Source of the DNA: Octopus sinensis
Taxonomy: Eukaryota
Direction of reading: 5' to 3'
DNA length: 64,000 bases
NCBI RefSeq assembly: GCF_006345805.1
Contig: NC_042997.1
Span: 98,394,001-98,458,000 of the forward strand
In this document: positions 41,600 through 54,618 of the stretch, piece after piece
Layout: the number at the start of each line of letters is the position of its first letter
Position numbering within the stretch: position 1 is the stretch's first letter
Translations under genes and position numbers: made by a program
Notes under the pieces: generated by a model
What the model saw: only the letters and a program-made list of their open reading frames with translations
Told to the model about the DNA's origin: nothing
Database searches by the model: none

Positions 41600-42553
41600 A
41601 CATAAGTTTAAAACACCACAAAAAACTATGCTCGGAGATAAATCTCAGTCAAAACAAATAAACAGATGAATACAAATCTGTTAGCCTTAAGAATCTACGT
41701 TACGAGCAATGTTCTCATTCAGGTGGTGTTGTCTCAAAAAATTAACTCTAAACAGACAGATCCGTCCCCTAATGACAACGTCCAAGCTCATGCTACAATG
41801 ATAACAAAGCAAAATACACATCGAATTTTCCGTGGCTATATTGTCATGGCCTCTCTTATATTCCTTCTGGACTATTGGCGTACATTGGCTGGTAATATGC
41901 TATACGGTTTCACCATTTTGCCCACAGATTCTGCACTTATCACTTTCTGATTTGTTGTCTACTCTGTATTTTATGCAGTTTGTTCTTAGTGCTTGCTCTT
42001 GGACAGCACAGATTGGAGCCTTCTTTTCCGGTTTTAAATCACTTTTAGTCATCTACGGTCATCTTTTTTCTCTGTCTATCTTATCTTCAACATCCCTATG
42101 AAATTGTCCATACATTCTTTTCTTTAGCCATCTATTTTCAGTTTCATTCATTTTCAATTGCTTGTACAGTGCTTTATCTTTGCAATCTTTCATCCTACAC
42201 AAGCCTGACCTTCTTACTTCTAATAATACCGTTTCTGTGGCATTTGTACACATCATGCTATGTTATTTTCTTCTGCACTAATGCTGATTTCACATCCAGT
42301 AAGTCCTCTTCCCCTTCTTTTTCTTGGTACATATAGTGTGTCTGAATCACTATTTGGACGGAGTGCCCCACATCTAGTTAGCAACTTGCTTATCTTTCTG
42401 TCTAAGCTCTTTAGTTCTTCTACTGCCCATGCGATTTCCCCTGCTCCATATCCAAGGATTGAAACCGCCCAGGTGTTAATAACTTCAATCATATTCTGTC
42501 CGTTTAATTTCGACTTCAGGATCAGTCTCAGTCTGCGCAAGTAGTCCACCTTA
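41600..42553 (-). mobile_element. Decayed R4/Dong-like fragment
   Basis: YLRRLRLILKSKLNG..INTWAV..LYVPRK.GGRGL, MYGQF; abuts (TAT)n at 42559-42613. Confidence 0.8.
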
Positions 42554-42555
42554 AA

Positions 42556-42613
<58 letters not shown>

Positions 42614-42731
42614 GTAATATTTCGGAATGGTCATATTGCCAGTTTAGCCAATAAAAACACACGCACTATATATTTGGTGTTATTTTGCTTCAGTGATATT
42701 TATTTTTTTACATTAATCTTAATCTTATTTC

Positions 42732-42775
42732 GGCCAGAGTTCTTTCGTCACACTCCTGTGACCGCATCAGTGGTC
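42732..42775 (-). ncRNA. Variant hammerhead downstream of a PLE ORF
   Basis: gacca-CTGATGC-g-gtcac..gtgac-GAAA-gaa-CTC-tggcc; A9C core variant with a perfect 5-bp stem II. Confidence 0.6.
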
Positions 42776-43147
42776 CTTTGTTTTCTTCTTTCGTATTTAT
42801 GTCTCTCCTTACTAACCGTCAGCCATTTTGTATTTCTATTGTATGTCTTTATTTGTGCATGCTTATATCTCTATGTGCGTCTATGTTTATTTAGTGTGTG
42901 TGGGGGGGATGCCTGTAATATTTGTATCTTCTGTTTATATACATTCATGTAATTTGTATTTTGTTTTTGTTGTTGCTTTTGTTCTAATTTTGTTCATGTG
43001 TTTACATCCACCCATTATTATCATTACATATGCTTGTATGTATGTATAACAACAATATTAGTAATAATAATAATAAATCTAATCGAAAAAATAAATAAAT
43101 AAAAATAAAAATAAAAAATATAAATATATATATATATACATATACAC

Positions 43148-43183
<36 letters not shown>

Positions 43184-43286
43184 ATATGTATACATACATA
43201 GATATATATACATATATATAGTTATTCATTTCTATTTGTTTATTTATATGTGTATTTATTTATTATGTTTTCGGGATCCTCTATCG

Positions 43287-44222
43287 TCATATGTTGTGGT
43301 GTGTGCTATTGCTCCATTCTAGTTTTCTATTCAGGCTAGGTTTATGTTCTATTATATGTGTAGCTTCTGTAATTTGTCTAATTGTTGCATCTGTTCTATG
43401 TGTGGACAATATCTTAATCTCTATGTTATTGATTGATCCCCCGTGTTCCTGTTCGGCGTGTTGGTACAGAATCGATGAGCTTTTACCTTCCTTGAGTTGT
43501 CTCCATTGTTCATTCACCCGCTCTCCTATGCTTCTTGCCGTTTCCTCTACGTATGTTATTGCCTTGTTACTGCATCGTCCCTCTATACATCTTATACTAT
43601 AGACTACATTTCTGGCTTTACAGTTTGTTTGTGGGCTAAATCTACATACAGTGCAATAGTTATCCGTACAGAGGGTTCTACTAAAAGGATAGGTTCTACC
43701 AATTATAGATTTGATAGGGTTGCCTGGCTTTTCAACAACCTTAATTCTTAGTTTAAGTTTATCTAGGATCCTTCTAAAGCGGTACGCCAGTTCACCTCCA
43801 GGGGTCGTGTCAACGAACATGACACTCTGGTATTTATGGCTATCATACCAAGAGTTGGCCTTCCCTATTTTCTTTTTTGTCCTTTCTATATTGTTCCATG
43901 ACTTGTTCCTATAGAGTGGGCAAATCCCATTCCTATCATTACATAATATATTATCAAATTTATTCATGGCTCCTTTGTATACTCTGATCCTTTCTTTATG
44001 GCTGTAACCTGAGAACTGCATGCGGTGAATGAAATACTGTATGTGTCTCTTTAATTCTGTAGGCTCGCACATGCGTGACACATTTCTCATTATTCTGACG
44101 AGGTCTGCCATCAAAATATTGAACTTGGCATTGCCCGCAATGGCTGAGTTCCGGTGGATCAGGTATTTTGAGGCCATAGGTTTTGCATAGTATGAATGAA
44201 GGATTTGGGTTTTATTTTTCAC
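43287..44222 (-). mobile_element. Penelope-like element thumb + GIY-YIG ORF (5'-truncated)
   Basis: YAKP, SGY, C..C..C..NVVYSIRC..TYVEET.R, H..H, RQITEA..P.LN. Confidence 0.88.
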
Positions 44223-44230
44223 AATTTATT

Positions 44231-44277
<47 letters not shown>

Positions 44278-44289
44278 TATTATTATTCA

Positions 44290-47000
44290 TATACCATGAG
44301 CAGATAAGGCTGTTGGAAGAGAGAAGAATTCTAATATTGGGCTACAAGGGCCAAGAACCCCGCTGTCGGGTTACAGCAAGTAACTTTAGATGCCAAAAAC
44401 CCTTTTGAGTATCCTAGTTGTCCCTAGCACTGTTTTCTGAAGCTGTACAAAACTAGGTTTTTTGTCTGTTTCTTCTATCCATCTGTTCAGATATTTAGGG
44501 ATAGTTCGCAATGCATCTATAATTAGTGGGATACATTTAACCCGCACTTTCCATAGTCACTATAATTCAATAGCTAGGTTCTGTTTCTTCGCTATTTTCT
44601 ATACTTCTCATATTAATTTTTTCATCATTTGGGAATGTGAGTCAATTATCTGGTAAATTTTATTCTCTTTATCTACTACTAGCAAATTATTCTGTGAGTC
44701 TATTACTCTGTCAGTCTGAATTTTAAAGCCCTACAACATATTGTACTTCTTATTTTCTAGTACTCTACTAGGTTTATGTGTATACCATTTATCAGGATGT
44801 TCAAATCCTAGCGTTCTTCAAAGTTCCCAGTGGGTTACTCTCGGTAGATTGTCATGCCTTTTTTTGCATTTTTCTGCGCCATCATGCTACATTAACTAAG
44901 TATATGAGTAATACTTTGCTCCCTCTTTTAATTTGCATAATCTACATTGGGAATCTACTTGGCTTTTGTCTATTTTGGCTTTTATTCAATTAGTCCTTAA
45001 TGTTTGATCTTGTGCGGCCACTAACAAGCTTTCTTTCTCCCTCTTCAGCTTTCCCTTCTGCAGCCATAATCATGTCTCACTACTAATTGCTAAAACTATC
45101 TTTGGGAATCTACCAAGCAACGCCTTCTCCTGCCAGTTATAATTTCTGTTCTTTTTTGTGGTTTCTAATTTTGTTTGGTATTTTTGCTTTCCCTGTCTTG
45201 CTGTGGCTCTAGCAACTTTTAATATATTTGCTTCATTGTTACCTACATAGGAGCCTATATCTACACTAGCTAACTCCATGCATTCTTCCACTGATATTAG
45301 CCCCCTTCCACCTTCCTTTTTAGGTAAGCATAATCTTGATACTCCTGCCCCTGGGTGGAATCCTCCATTCATATTGAGTTCTTTCCTAGTTATTCTGTTT
45401 AGCTTTGTTAATTCAGTCTCTCTCCAATCTACAAAGTAATGATACTGCCCAAGTGTTTACAGCCTTCTTTAGATTCGGACCGTTTAGGCTTGACTTCATT
45501 AGCTTCCTCACTCTTCTGATGTACTCTTTCTTAATTTTCGTTTTCATTTCTCTAGTTAGTACTCTGTCAGATCCTAATACTCCTAGATACTTATAACTCT
45601 CTCCTCCTTCCAATTGGATGCCTTCGCTGTTCACTATCCGTCCCTTTCTCATGACTAATATTACAGACTGATCTATGCCAAATTCCATGCCTATATCTTT
45701 GCTGTAGAGACTTACAGTCTGTATTAAGGGATCTATCTCTTTTTCATTCTTATTAAAAAGTTTCAGATCATCCATGTAGAGCACCTGGTTAATTTTTCCT
45801 TTACTATTTCTGAACTGATACCTTACCTTTGCCTTCCTTAATACTAAACTGTGGGTGATCAAACATAAGACAAATATTAAAGGGGATAACGAGTACCCAT
45901 GGAAATTTCTTCTCTTGTTATTAACTTTCCTTAAGACTGTGTCCCCTGAGTATATATCTTTCAATTTCTTCATGCTAAAGCTAATTAATTATCTTATGTT
46001 GTTCTGCTATACTGAATATTCTCGAACATTCACTTATCTATGGATGTAGAATAATGTCATAGGCTTTGGTATAATCTATCCATGCTATTGTTAGGTTTTT
46101 CTTTCTAGCTTTTATTTCATCTAGAACTGCTTTGTCTACGTATAATAGACCATGCGTTCCTCTAACCTTCTTCCTGCAACCTTTCTGTTCCTCTAGTAGT
46201 AAATTCTGGTTGTCAGGATGCTCGTAAATGCCTTCTGATAGCATTATTAACAGCTTCCACACTAATGGTAGGCAACTGATTGTTCTATAATTGCTAGCTG
46301 TATTACCCTTGCTTTTATCTTTCGTAAGGAAAACGATTCTCTCTCTAGTCATCTAATCTGGCATTATTCCTCTATTAAGGCAACCCTGAAGTTGTTCCCA
46401 CAGCCTCTCATTTAAACTAATAAATTTCTTTAACCAGTACTCTTGAACTAAATCTGGTCTGGCGATTTTCCAATTTGGCATGTTTCCTAAAACTTTATTC
46501 ATTAATGCAATACTTAGTCTTATATCTAGCTGCTTTTTGTTCACTACTTCTTCCTTCACTTTCTTTAACCATACTGCGTCTCCATTATGATTGACTGGCT
46601 TATCCCAAATATTACCCACGAACTTTCTATCTTCTTCTGCATTAGGTTTTCCATCTTAAATACTTTCTCCTCTCCTGTTTATTTGGTTATAAAACCTCTT
46701 CTGGTCTGTTTCAAATAACCTATTCTCTTGATACTGATCTATTCTTTTCTGATATCTGGAAAGTTTATCTGCTATTGCTATGATATGCTGTTTCAACTCT
46801 TCTATAAATGTCTCAAATCCTTTCCCTTTGACTAAGCAACTTTTCTCAAGAGAAAATTTAAATCGTGCGTTTCCTAATAGCTTGTTCAGTTTCTGGACTT
46901 CTATTCTACTCAAATCATATCTTAAAGTCTTCACTTTATTTTGTAATATACATACTGTATGGGATTATTCCTGCATGTTATTTTGGGGAGTGTTGCATAG
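44290..47000 (-). mobile_element. Decayed R4/Dong-like non-LTR retrotransposon
   Basis: NYRTISCLP, EQKGC, AWIDY.KAYD, LSPL.F, LYMDDLKL, YKYLG, GGRGL; many stops; 3' side abuts an (ATC)n/(ATT)n tract. Confidence 0.85.
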
Positions 47001-47361
47001 CAGTGTGTGTAGATCATAAATCACCCATTTCATAATATTCATAGTTATAGGTGCATCGTTCTCTTTTTTCTTGGTTTGGTTTTGTGATGGATCCGTCATT
47101 ACAGCGTTTCTTTTTTGACAGAACACTGCCCATGGACATGTGGTGATGTTTCTTTCGTATTTATAATTATTTTTGTTGCATAAGCGAAAGACCGAGAAGA
47201 ATCAGCAATGTGCATATATAGAAAGGACTTGTATAGATATGTGAACATATGTAATTAAAATTTTACTCAGACTATTGCAGTTTTCATGTAGAGTTATAGA
47301 GTTATTGCAGTTCATGTTTACATTTTCACGCACATGTTGTGGTGGTGCATCTGATGGAAGC

Positions 47362-47423
<62 letters not shown>

Positions 47424-47511
47424 TATATATAAAGAAAACTCTTTCAGTTGCTTTAGATGGCTTACATTATTGTTATTATTATTATTAGTTTTATTATTAT
47501 TATTATTATTA

Positions 47512-47557
<46 letters not shown>

Positions 47558-47574
47558 TAGTTTTATTTTTATTT

Positions 47575-47917
47575 TTATAGCGTGCTTTCACTTCACTACC
47601 GAGCGCAGCTCTGTGTGCCTTGGGTATGTGCTGTGATTTGTTGTGATGCTCTGATGGTTATTGTATGGAAAGTGTTCTGCGTAGGATGTGTGCAGTGCCT
47701 AGTAGTGCAATTTTCTGTATGTTATATGTGTTTGTAAGTCCTGGTGTTTTTGTTATGTATTTGTCTGAATATTTTTTTATCATGCCTAATGCACCTACTA
47801 TGATAGGAATTGTTTCTGTTTTCAGATTCCACATTCTAGTTACCTCTATTTCCAGGTCTTTGTATTTTGAGAGTTTCTCCATTTCTTTTAGAGACGCGTT
47901 GTCATCAGCCGGTATTG

Positions 47918-47918
<1 letters not shown>
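47575..47918 (-). mobile_element. R4/Dong-like 3' end flanked by (TAT)n on both sides
   Basis: Near-identical reverse complement of 25165-25520 (EKLSKYKDLEIEV..QKIALLGTAHIL). Confidence 0.88.
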
Positions 47919-47970
<52 letters not shown>

Positions 47971-48220
47971 GAACCACTCCTTGATTCATCTACAATGGCC
48001 GATTTGTTAAACGAAACGATTGACCCCCCAGTCACCAGGGTCTCACAGCAGGAAGCACCATCCCTTCCTTTTACTGCCCCAGTAGCTCAATCATCATCAC
48101 TGTCAACATCATCTCTTCTGCCTATTACTACTATTACTACAAACACTATCAAACCAAAAACATCTTTGTCTACCGCTACCTCATGTAATCAATCATCATC
48201 ACTGTCGACATCTCTTCTGC

Positions 48221-48284
<64 letters not shown>

Positions 48285-50115
48285 AACTGCTGCTGCTGCT
48301 GCTGCTGCTACCTCAAGGAATCTACCTCCTATTACTTGTCCAAGAACTCTACCTCCCACCGGTCACAAAGGTCACGAAAACCTTAACAAACTATCATCCA
48401 CACCTCTCACAACTCACACACGCACCTACACACCCACTCGAAACCCCATCATTTGCCGTTATTCTCTCCGCCATAGATTATGCACTGATAGAGACTGCAA
48501 ATTCACACATTTACCTGGGACAAAACGCTCTATCTCCACAAACCACAACAGCCACCACCATAATAATACTCTATTACAACACCACCACAACCACCAATAT
48601 CTCAAACAAGGAATCCCCAAATCTGCCGCTATTCCCAGCGAGACAGATTGTGTTTGCACAGGGATTGTCCCTTTACCCATCTCCCGGGGACTCGTCGGAC
48701 AAATGATAATAAAAATAAAAATAAAAACAAAAAAACCTACGACTCATATAGAAATAACTACTCATATAAAAATAACCACAATCATAGTCATTTACAGTTT
48801 CCTAGACAGGAACCTTCTTCTTCCCTCTTTTTTAGCTATAATGAATCTAGCAAAAGAACTGGAAAAAAACATCCGAGCTATCACCCACCACCATCCACCA
48901 CTATCACTACACTGCATATGCCATTAAAAAGCAATCAAATAAACAAAACACCAAAACAATTAAAACCATCCACTCTCGCCTCAACATTTTTGCTTAACGC
49001 CCAAGGCATCAGCCCTTCCTCCAATACTCAAAAATGGAAGATAAAATTCCTGGAGGACTGGGTCAATGCCCATCCAAGCCACATCCCTTTCTTCGTCCTC
49101 ACTGAAACCCATCTTAGTAACCTCCACTTTGAAGCCGAGGTGAAAGTGAAAAATTTCAAAGCCATTCGTGCAGATCGTGCTGGCAGAAGAAAGGGTGGGA
49201 CTGCCATTTATGTTCATGATTCATTCTCAACAGAGGCTATGAACATATTTTCTAATGGATACTGCAAAGCAGTCGCTGTATTCAGTCAAACCAACAACTT
49301 AACAGTAGTTGGGCTCTACAGACCACCCCAAACGCCCCTACCATGCTTCAAGGAATGCCTCAACAACATAAAAGTTTTCATTCAGCAGTATCAACCTGAC
49401 AACATCTTAATGATGGGAGACTTCAACCTTCCCGGGGTTGACTGGTCTACAAACAGTCTGCCGCCAGGTTCTTCTCTCTCAACCCCTGACAGGGAGGCAG
49501 TGGAATCGCTTCTTGGCTTCATGGATGATTTCTTCCTGTCCCAACTGGTGCTCGAAACAACGAGATGTCACAAAAAACGTCCTAGACTTAATTTTCAGCA
49601 ATCACACTGATACTATCCACAATATTGCAGTGGAGAAAACTCTACTCTCTGATCATTACATGGTTCTCTGTGATCTGAGATTTCACCAGCCAAAATGCAA
49701 AACAAATGTCATCCCTCCTGTTTATCCATTTGACACTATGGGTTTCCACAATGCAAACTGGGAAGCGATCAGTAATGATCTTGCACAAGTCGATTGGTCC
49801 TTCACGCACACATACACACCCACTAACATCAAAAACATCAAAAAGTCCTGGCAGTCATTTGTAGACACCATTACAAACATATGTGCAAAACACACCCCAT
49901 TAAGATCTGCAAACAAATCTAAGTGCAAAATCCCTAGAACTAGAAAAACTTTCATCAGGAAAATTAAAAGAATTAACAAAAAAATCAACAAGCTGAAATA
50001 CTGTCAACAGCAACACACCAACCTGACTGCCATCTCATCGCTAGAGATTAAAAAAACATACACTCCAAAACAACATGATGTCTATCATCAATAGTCAGAA
50101 AAGAGCTGAAGAGGC
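47971..50115 (+). mobile_element. 5' half of a CR1/L2-group LINE (ORF1 remnant + APE endonuclease)
   Basis: Two CCCH-type fingers (CRYSLRHRLCTDRDCKFTH, CRYSQRDRLCLHRDCPFTH); APE motifs LTETHL, DR..RKGGG, YRPP, GDFN, LDL, SDH; truncated before RT. Confidence 0.82.
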
Positions 50116-50118
50116 CTT

Positions 50119-50708
50119 ACAATATTAATCATATCAAAGGGAAATGGAATTTAATTAAAATTAAAATATTTAATCAAAATTTACATTTCCAGTGGTCTAA
50201 CGTGCAAAAAAAAAAATTAGTCAAGAAGACTATATATTAGTCATACGATATAGTGCATATTTATACACATAAGGAATCCACTTTACGTGAAATTCAACAC
50301 ATTACAAAGAACAGCTAGGTTCTGTAAACCACAAAATTAACGGATAAAATTCGACAGGAATAAATTTGGAAATGAAAAACATTTACCATCTAGTACCCTG
50401 GAACAAATTGGTTTCTGATCTTCTTTTAGCAAGTCAGGGGGAACTCACAAGGTCTGATCTTCTTCAGCAAGGTACAACCTAGGGTTAAACATATTCAACA
50501 GGAGACAAACAAGGCTACTTGTCTCGTGTTCATACGAACTAACTTTTCAAATTTTCTGCGCAATCGCAGTCCAATCGCTGGCTACAATAAAAACCGCCAA
50601 CTTTAACCAAAAATTATCCAAAAAACTTACATTATTTAATCATATCAAAGGGAAATGGAATTTAATTAAAATTAAAATATTTAATCAAAAATTACATTTC
50701 CAGTGGTC
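50119..50708. repeat. ~80-bp direct repeat with ~510-bp period
   Basis: ttaatcatatcaaagggaaatggaatt...tacatttccagtggtc at ~50125-50197 and ~50636-50708. Confidence 0.85.
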
Positions 50709-51044
50709 CTTAAAATACTAACTCACAGAAGCACAGAAAGATACGCGGATGGAAAGAATCTAGTGTGAAAAACAGCATGTCGCATATGGTTAAGTTGAAA
50801 GGATATTTCTTTGACATCCGGTATTTTGCAAATCCAAGAGTATTCAAGGAGGAATTGGTGCGTTGATCGGTGTAATGCTGGTGATAAGGATGAAACGAAT
50901 GAATAGTTCGATATATAATAACTTGCGGTATCATATGATATGATACAGTAAGGTGTTTTTATAACTTAACACCTCTTCAGGTAATCTTCTTTTGGGAAGA
51001 ATATTTGAAAATACAATGATTAATGTTCTGGTGCACTGATATAT

Positions 51045-52022
51045 TTAAGGTTTGCATGATGGAGAGGTTGTTCTGTGTAGAATATCTATCTCATTTGTTT
51101 CTCGATTGCTTTTAGTATAAAAAGGGACACACCATACATAACCCCAACGCGTTCTGAAGGATTTTTTATTAGCTCGGATGATAGCATCGTTACAGTATTT
51201 ATTAGGATGCCCCCATCCTGCACCATTACCGTCTCTTGTTGTTTGATGAACAGCAGTCAGAGTGTGTGTAGTATCGATAATTGTTATATTTTGAGAATTT
51301 GCAAAATAGATCAACCAATTATCATACTTAATACGTCCAACAACGAAATCTAAGACTTGATGCCAAGGAAAGTGTTGATTTGTAATAAAATAATCTATTG
51401 CTATGCCTTTCATCAAATGTCCGCTTTGAGCTATCTGAGGAATATCAGAAGTCAGAACGTATTTACGATTTGTAAAGTTTACATTTGTTCTTTGACCAAC
51501 TATTAGTATAGGTTTATTTTGTGGTATCTTTTTCTTAATAGATTTCAGCGTATTGATAAGACTCTCATCGAAAAGAAGATCAGCATTTGCATAGCCATAA
51601 AAGTCGTAATCAGTAAAAGACGCAAGCACTTCAAGAATCATCGCTTTTAAAACTGGTATTTGACCGCAGGCAACTTTTGTAACATTCTGTATCTTCCAAT
51701 TTTTTCTTAAATACTTATCCAGCCGACTGCTACTTACATTATCCGTGGGTATCGCTGATCTATATAATACAGGTTGTAATAATAATGGCCAATTCCCCCA
51801 TAAATGGGCTGTATTTTCATAAACTGGAAGTTTTTCTGGTGATAATTTCCACGTTGTGATAAGGACTAATAAAAACTTGGTTTCTCGCAACTGATTAACC
51901 AGGCTTCTCTGTCTGTGTAATAGGCGCTCTTTTAAGTGTTTGTCTGTCAAAAGTATCCCCACAAACAAGAAGATTGTGATACTACCCATAATAAGATATT
52001 TTTTTCGAAGGAGCATGCCCAT
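51045..52022 (-). CDS. Type II membrane protein, putative glycosyltransferase (paralog B)
   Basis: Intact 325-aa ORF, roughly 80% identical to paralog A by manual count; same splice acceptor before the ATG; homologous flanks. Confidence 0.85.
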   Translation of the reverse strand: MGMLLRKKYLIMGSITIFLFVGILLTDKHLKERLLHRQRSLVNQLRETKFLLVLITTWKLSPEKLPVYENTAHLWGNWPLLLQPVLYRSAIPTDNVSSSRLDKYLRKNWKIQNVTKVACGQIPVLKAMILEVLASFTDYDFYGYANADLLFDESLINTLKSIKKKIPQNKPILIVGQRTNVNFTNRKYVLTSDIPQIAQSGHLMKGIAIDYFITNQHFPWHQVLDFVVGRIKYDNWLIYFANSQNITIIDTTHTLTAVHQTTRDGNGAGWGHPNKYCNDAIIRANKKSFRTRWGYVWCVPFYTKSNRETNEIDILHRTTSPSCKP

Positions 52023-52216
52023 CTGAAATAAAAAAAATAATTAATATTAATATTAAATTTATTGATCATATGGATTTTTTCTATTAGCTTAAATTTATCA
52101 AGTTTTAAAATTGAGTGGAAATTTGATGTATTAATGTAATTTTTCACATTGAATCTCAGGGCATAATAGTTTTGATCCAGAAATATATATATATATACAT
52201 GTATATATACACATCC

Positions 52217-52293
<77 letters not shown>

Positions 52294-52294
<1 letters not shown>

Positions 52295-53062
52295 GAGGGG
52301 CGTTCAATAAGTAATGCCCCTGACCCACTTCCCATAGCAGTAGAGCAACGAAACTTGGCACAGTTATTAGTCTTTTTCTACATAGGAACCACCCAGAGTT
52401 ACGCATTTCTCCCATTGCTTGATGCAGCTCTGGAGACCGTTTTTGTAGAAGACCCCAGCTTTGTCCTCCAACCTGAACGTGACTTCAGAAATCAAGGCTG
52501 CATCATCTGGGAAACGCTTTCCTTTCAAAAACAACTTCATGACTGGGAAGAGGTGAATATCAGAGGGTGCAAGGTCAGGAAAGTAGGGGGCAGGGGGAGG
52601 AGCTCATAGCCATACGCCTGTGCTTCTGATCTGGCGACAAGCGAGTTGTGGACCGGAGCGTTGTCCTGCAGGAGGAGGATGCCTTTGCTGATCTTGCCTC
52701 GCCTCTTGATTTTGATAACTTCTCTTAATTTCCTCAAAAGTGAAGCATAATAGGCTCCTGCAATTATGGTACCCTTTGCCAGGAAATCTGTCATCACTAC
52801 TCCGTCCTGGTCCCAGAAGACTGTGAGCATGACCTTGCCAGCGGAGGGCTACACTCTTGCCTTCTTTGGATGGGGTGAGTCACGGTGCTTCCACTGCATT
52901 GACTGGGCTTTGGTCTCTGGATCATCGTGATGGACCCAGGATTCATCCTGTGTAATCAGTCTTTTGAAAAATTTTGACTCATCTTCTTGGCACATCTCCA
53001 AATTCACCCTCGAGCACTCGACGCGTTCTTGCTTCTGGAAAGGCGTGAGCAACCTGGGAATC
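52294..53062 (-). mobile_element. Mariner transposon, 3' half
   Basis: TA|CGAGGGGCGTTCAATAAGTAATG terminus; ITQDESWVH, MLTVFWD..G, LLQDNAPVH; broken at 53062 by a PLE repeat. Confidence 0.9.
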
Positions 53063-54262
53063 CATAAATAAATATATACATATATAAATACAGACAGACG
53101 TGAAGGAACCTGGTAATAAGAGCAAATAGGGATAAAGATGGAGGGCGAGAATACAGGACGAAGGATAAAAAAATATATAAAAAGTGTAAGTATAGAAAAA
53201 TATAAAAATGTAGAGTATAAAGATATAAAGAGATATAAAAAAATATAAACAAATATAAATGAATATAAAGGTATAAAGTTATAAAAAAATAAAAAATTTA
53301 AAAAATTTAAAAAATTTAAAAAATAAAAATATTATCAGAAGTATAAAGGGTATAAGAGTGTAGGAATGTAAAAGAATATAAGGATAAGGGATATATAGTA
53401 GTTACGGACCAAACATGGTGGTCAGGAAAATGACGAATTCTGGTTGTAGAAGCCTTGGGTGTCATAAATCAACCGGGGCGTCTGGGGACCTAGTGTATTG
53501 TAAATTAGAGTTGTTGAGCCGCTTATCTAGTTCTTCGTAACGTATTAAGTGGTCATCATGTACATACGTACACGCATGGATACATACACCCATATACACG
53601 CGCACATATACGCACGCATACGCAACTACACGCATTAAGCATACATACGTACTCTCGTGTAAACATATACAGATATATATGGAAAAAGGCGCATGTAGTT
53701 GGGTACACGAACCGACGCGCACACGTACGTACATACATACACTCACATGCGTTCATATAGGCACACTCGCACTTACACGCATGTACAAAACGAAGTGAAT
53801 CTCTATGCGTGTGGGCAGGAATATGTATACACCTGCACTCGCGTCCACCCCCACGCACATGGGGGAGTAGATCCCTATGCCTATACACAAAGGTATGCAT
53901 ATGCACAGACACAGGTATAACAAAAGGATCCGTTCTTGCACACGGGTAAGATACGGAGTCATAGTGGGTACATTAGGTAGACATGAACGTAAGAAACTTG
54001 CGGGCAAAAGATTTTAACAGAATATGCATATATATACACGGACAATATACATATACATATATATATATATACACACACACACATACGCATATATATATAC
54101 ACACATATATGTATATATATATATGTATATATATACATATACACATATACACACATATACATACACACACATACCCACACCCATACCCGCACACGCAAAT
54201 ATATATATGTGTGCATACATACACATCCACGTGTACATACATACACGCATATATACATACAC

Positions 54263-54618
54263 ACGGACCCACGCACACGTATCCACACGCACACACACAC
54301 ACATCTGTGTGTCTATACGTGCGTGTGCATATACACTTACATACACATACACAGACACACACACATATAGGTATAGATATAAGATATTAAAAGATGTATA
54401 AAAAATGTATATAAGTAATCTACAAAAGCATGTAAAAAAACGGACCCACGCACACGTATCTACACGCACACACACATACATCTGTGTGTCTATACGTGCG
54501 TGTATACATACACTTACATACACATACACAGACACACACACATATAGGTATAGATATAAGATATTAAAAGATGTATAAAAAATGTATATAAGAAATCTTC
54601 AAAAGCATGTAAAAAAAA
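54263..54618. repeat. ~178-bp tandem duplication
   Basis: cggacccacgcacacgtatc...aaagcatgtaaaaaaa x2. Confidence 0.9.

Noticed and set aside
47665-48927. 420-aa ORF as a host gene
   Set aside because: Chimera of antisense R4 sequence, poly-Tyr from (TAT)n and a LINE ORF1 remnant.
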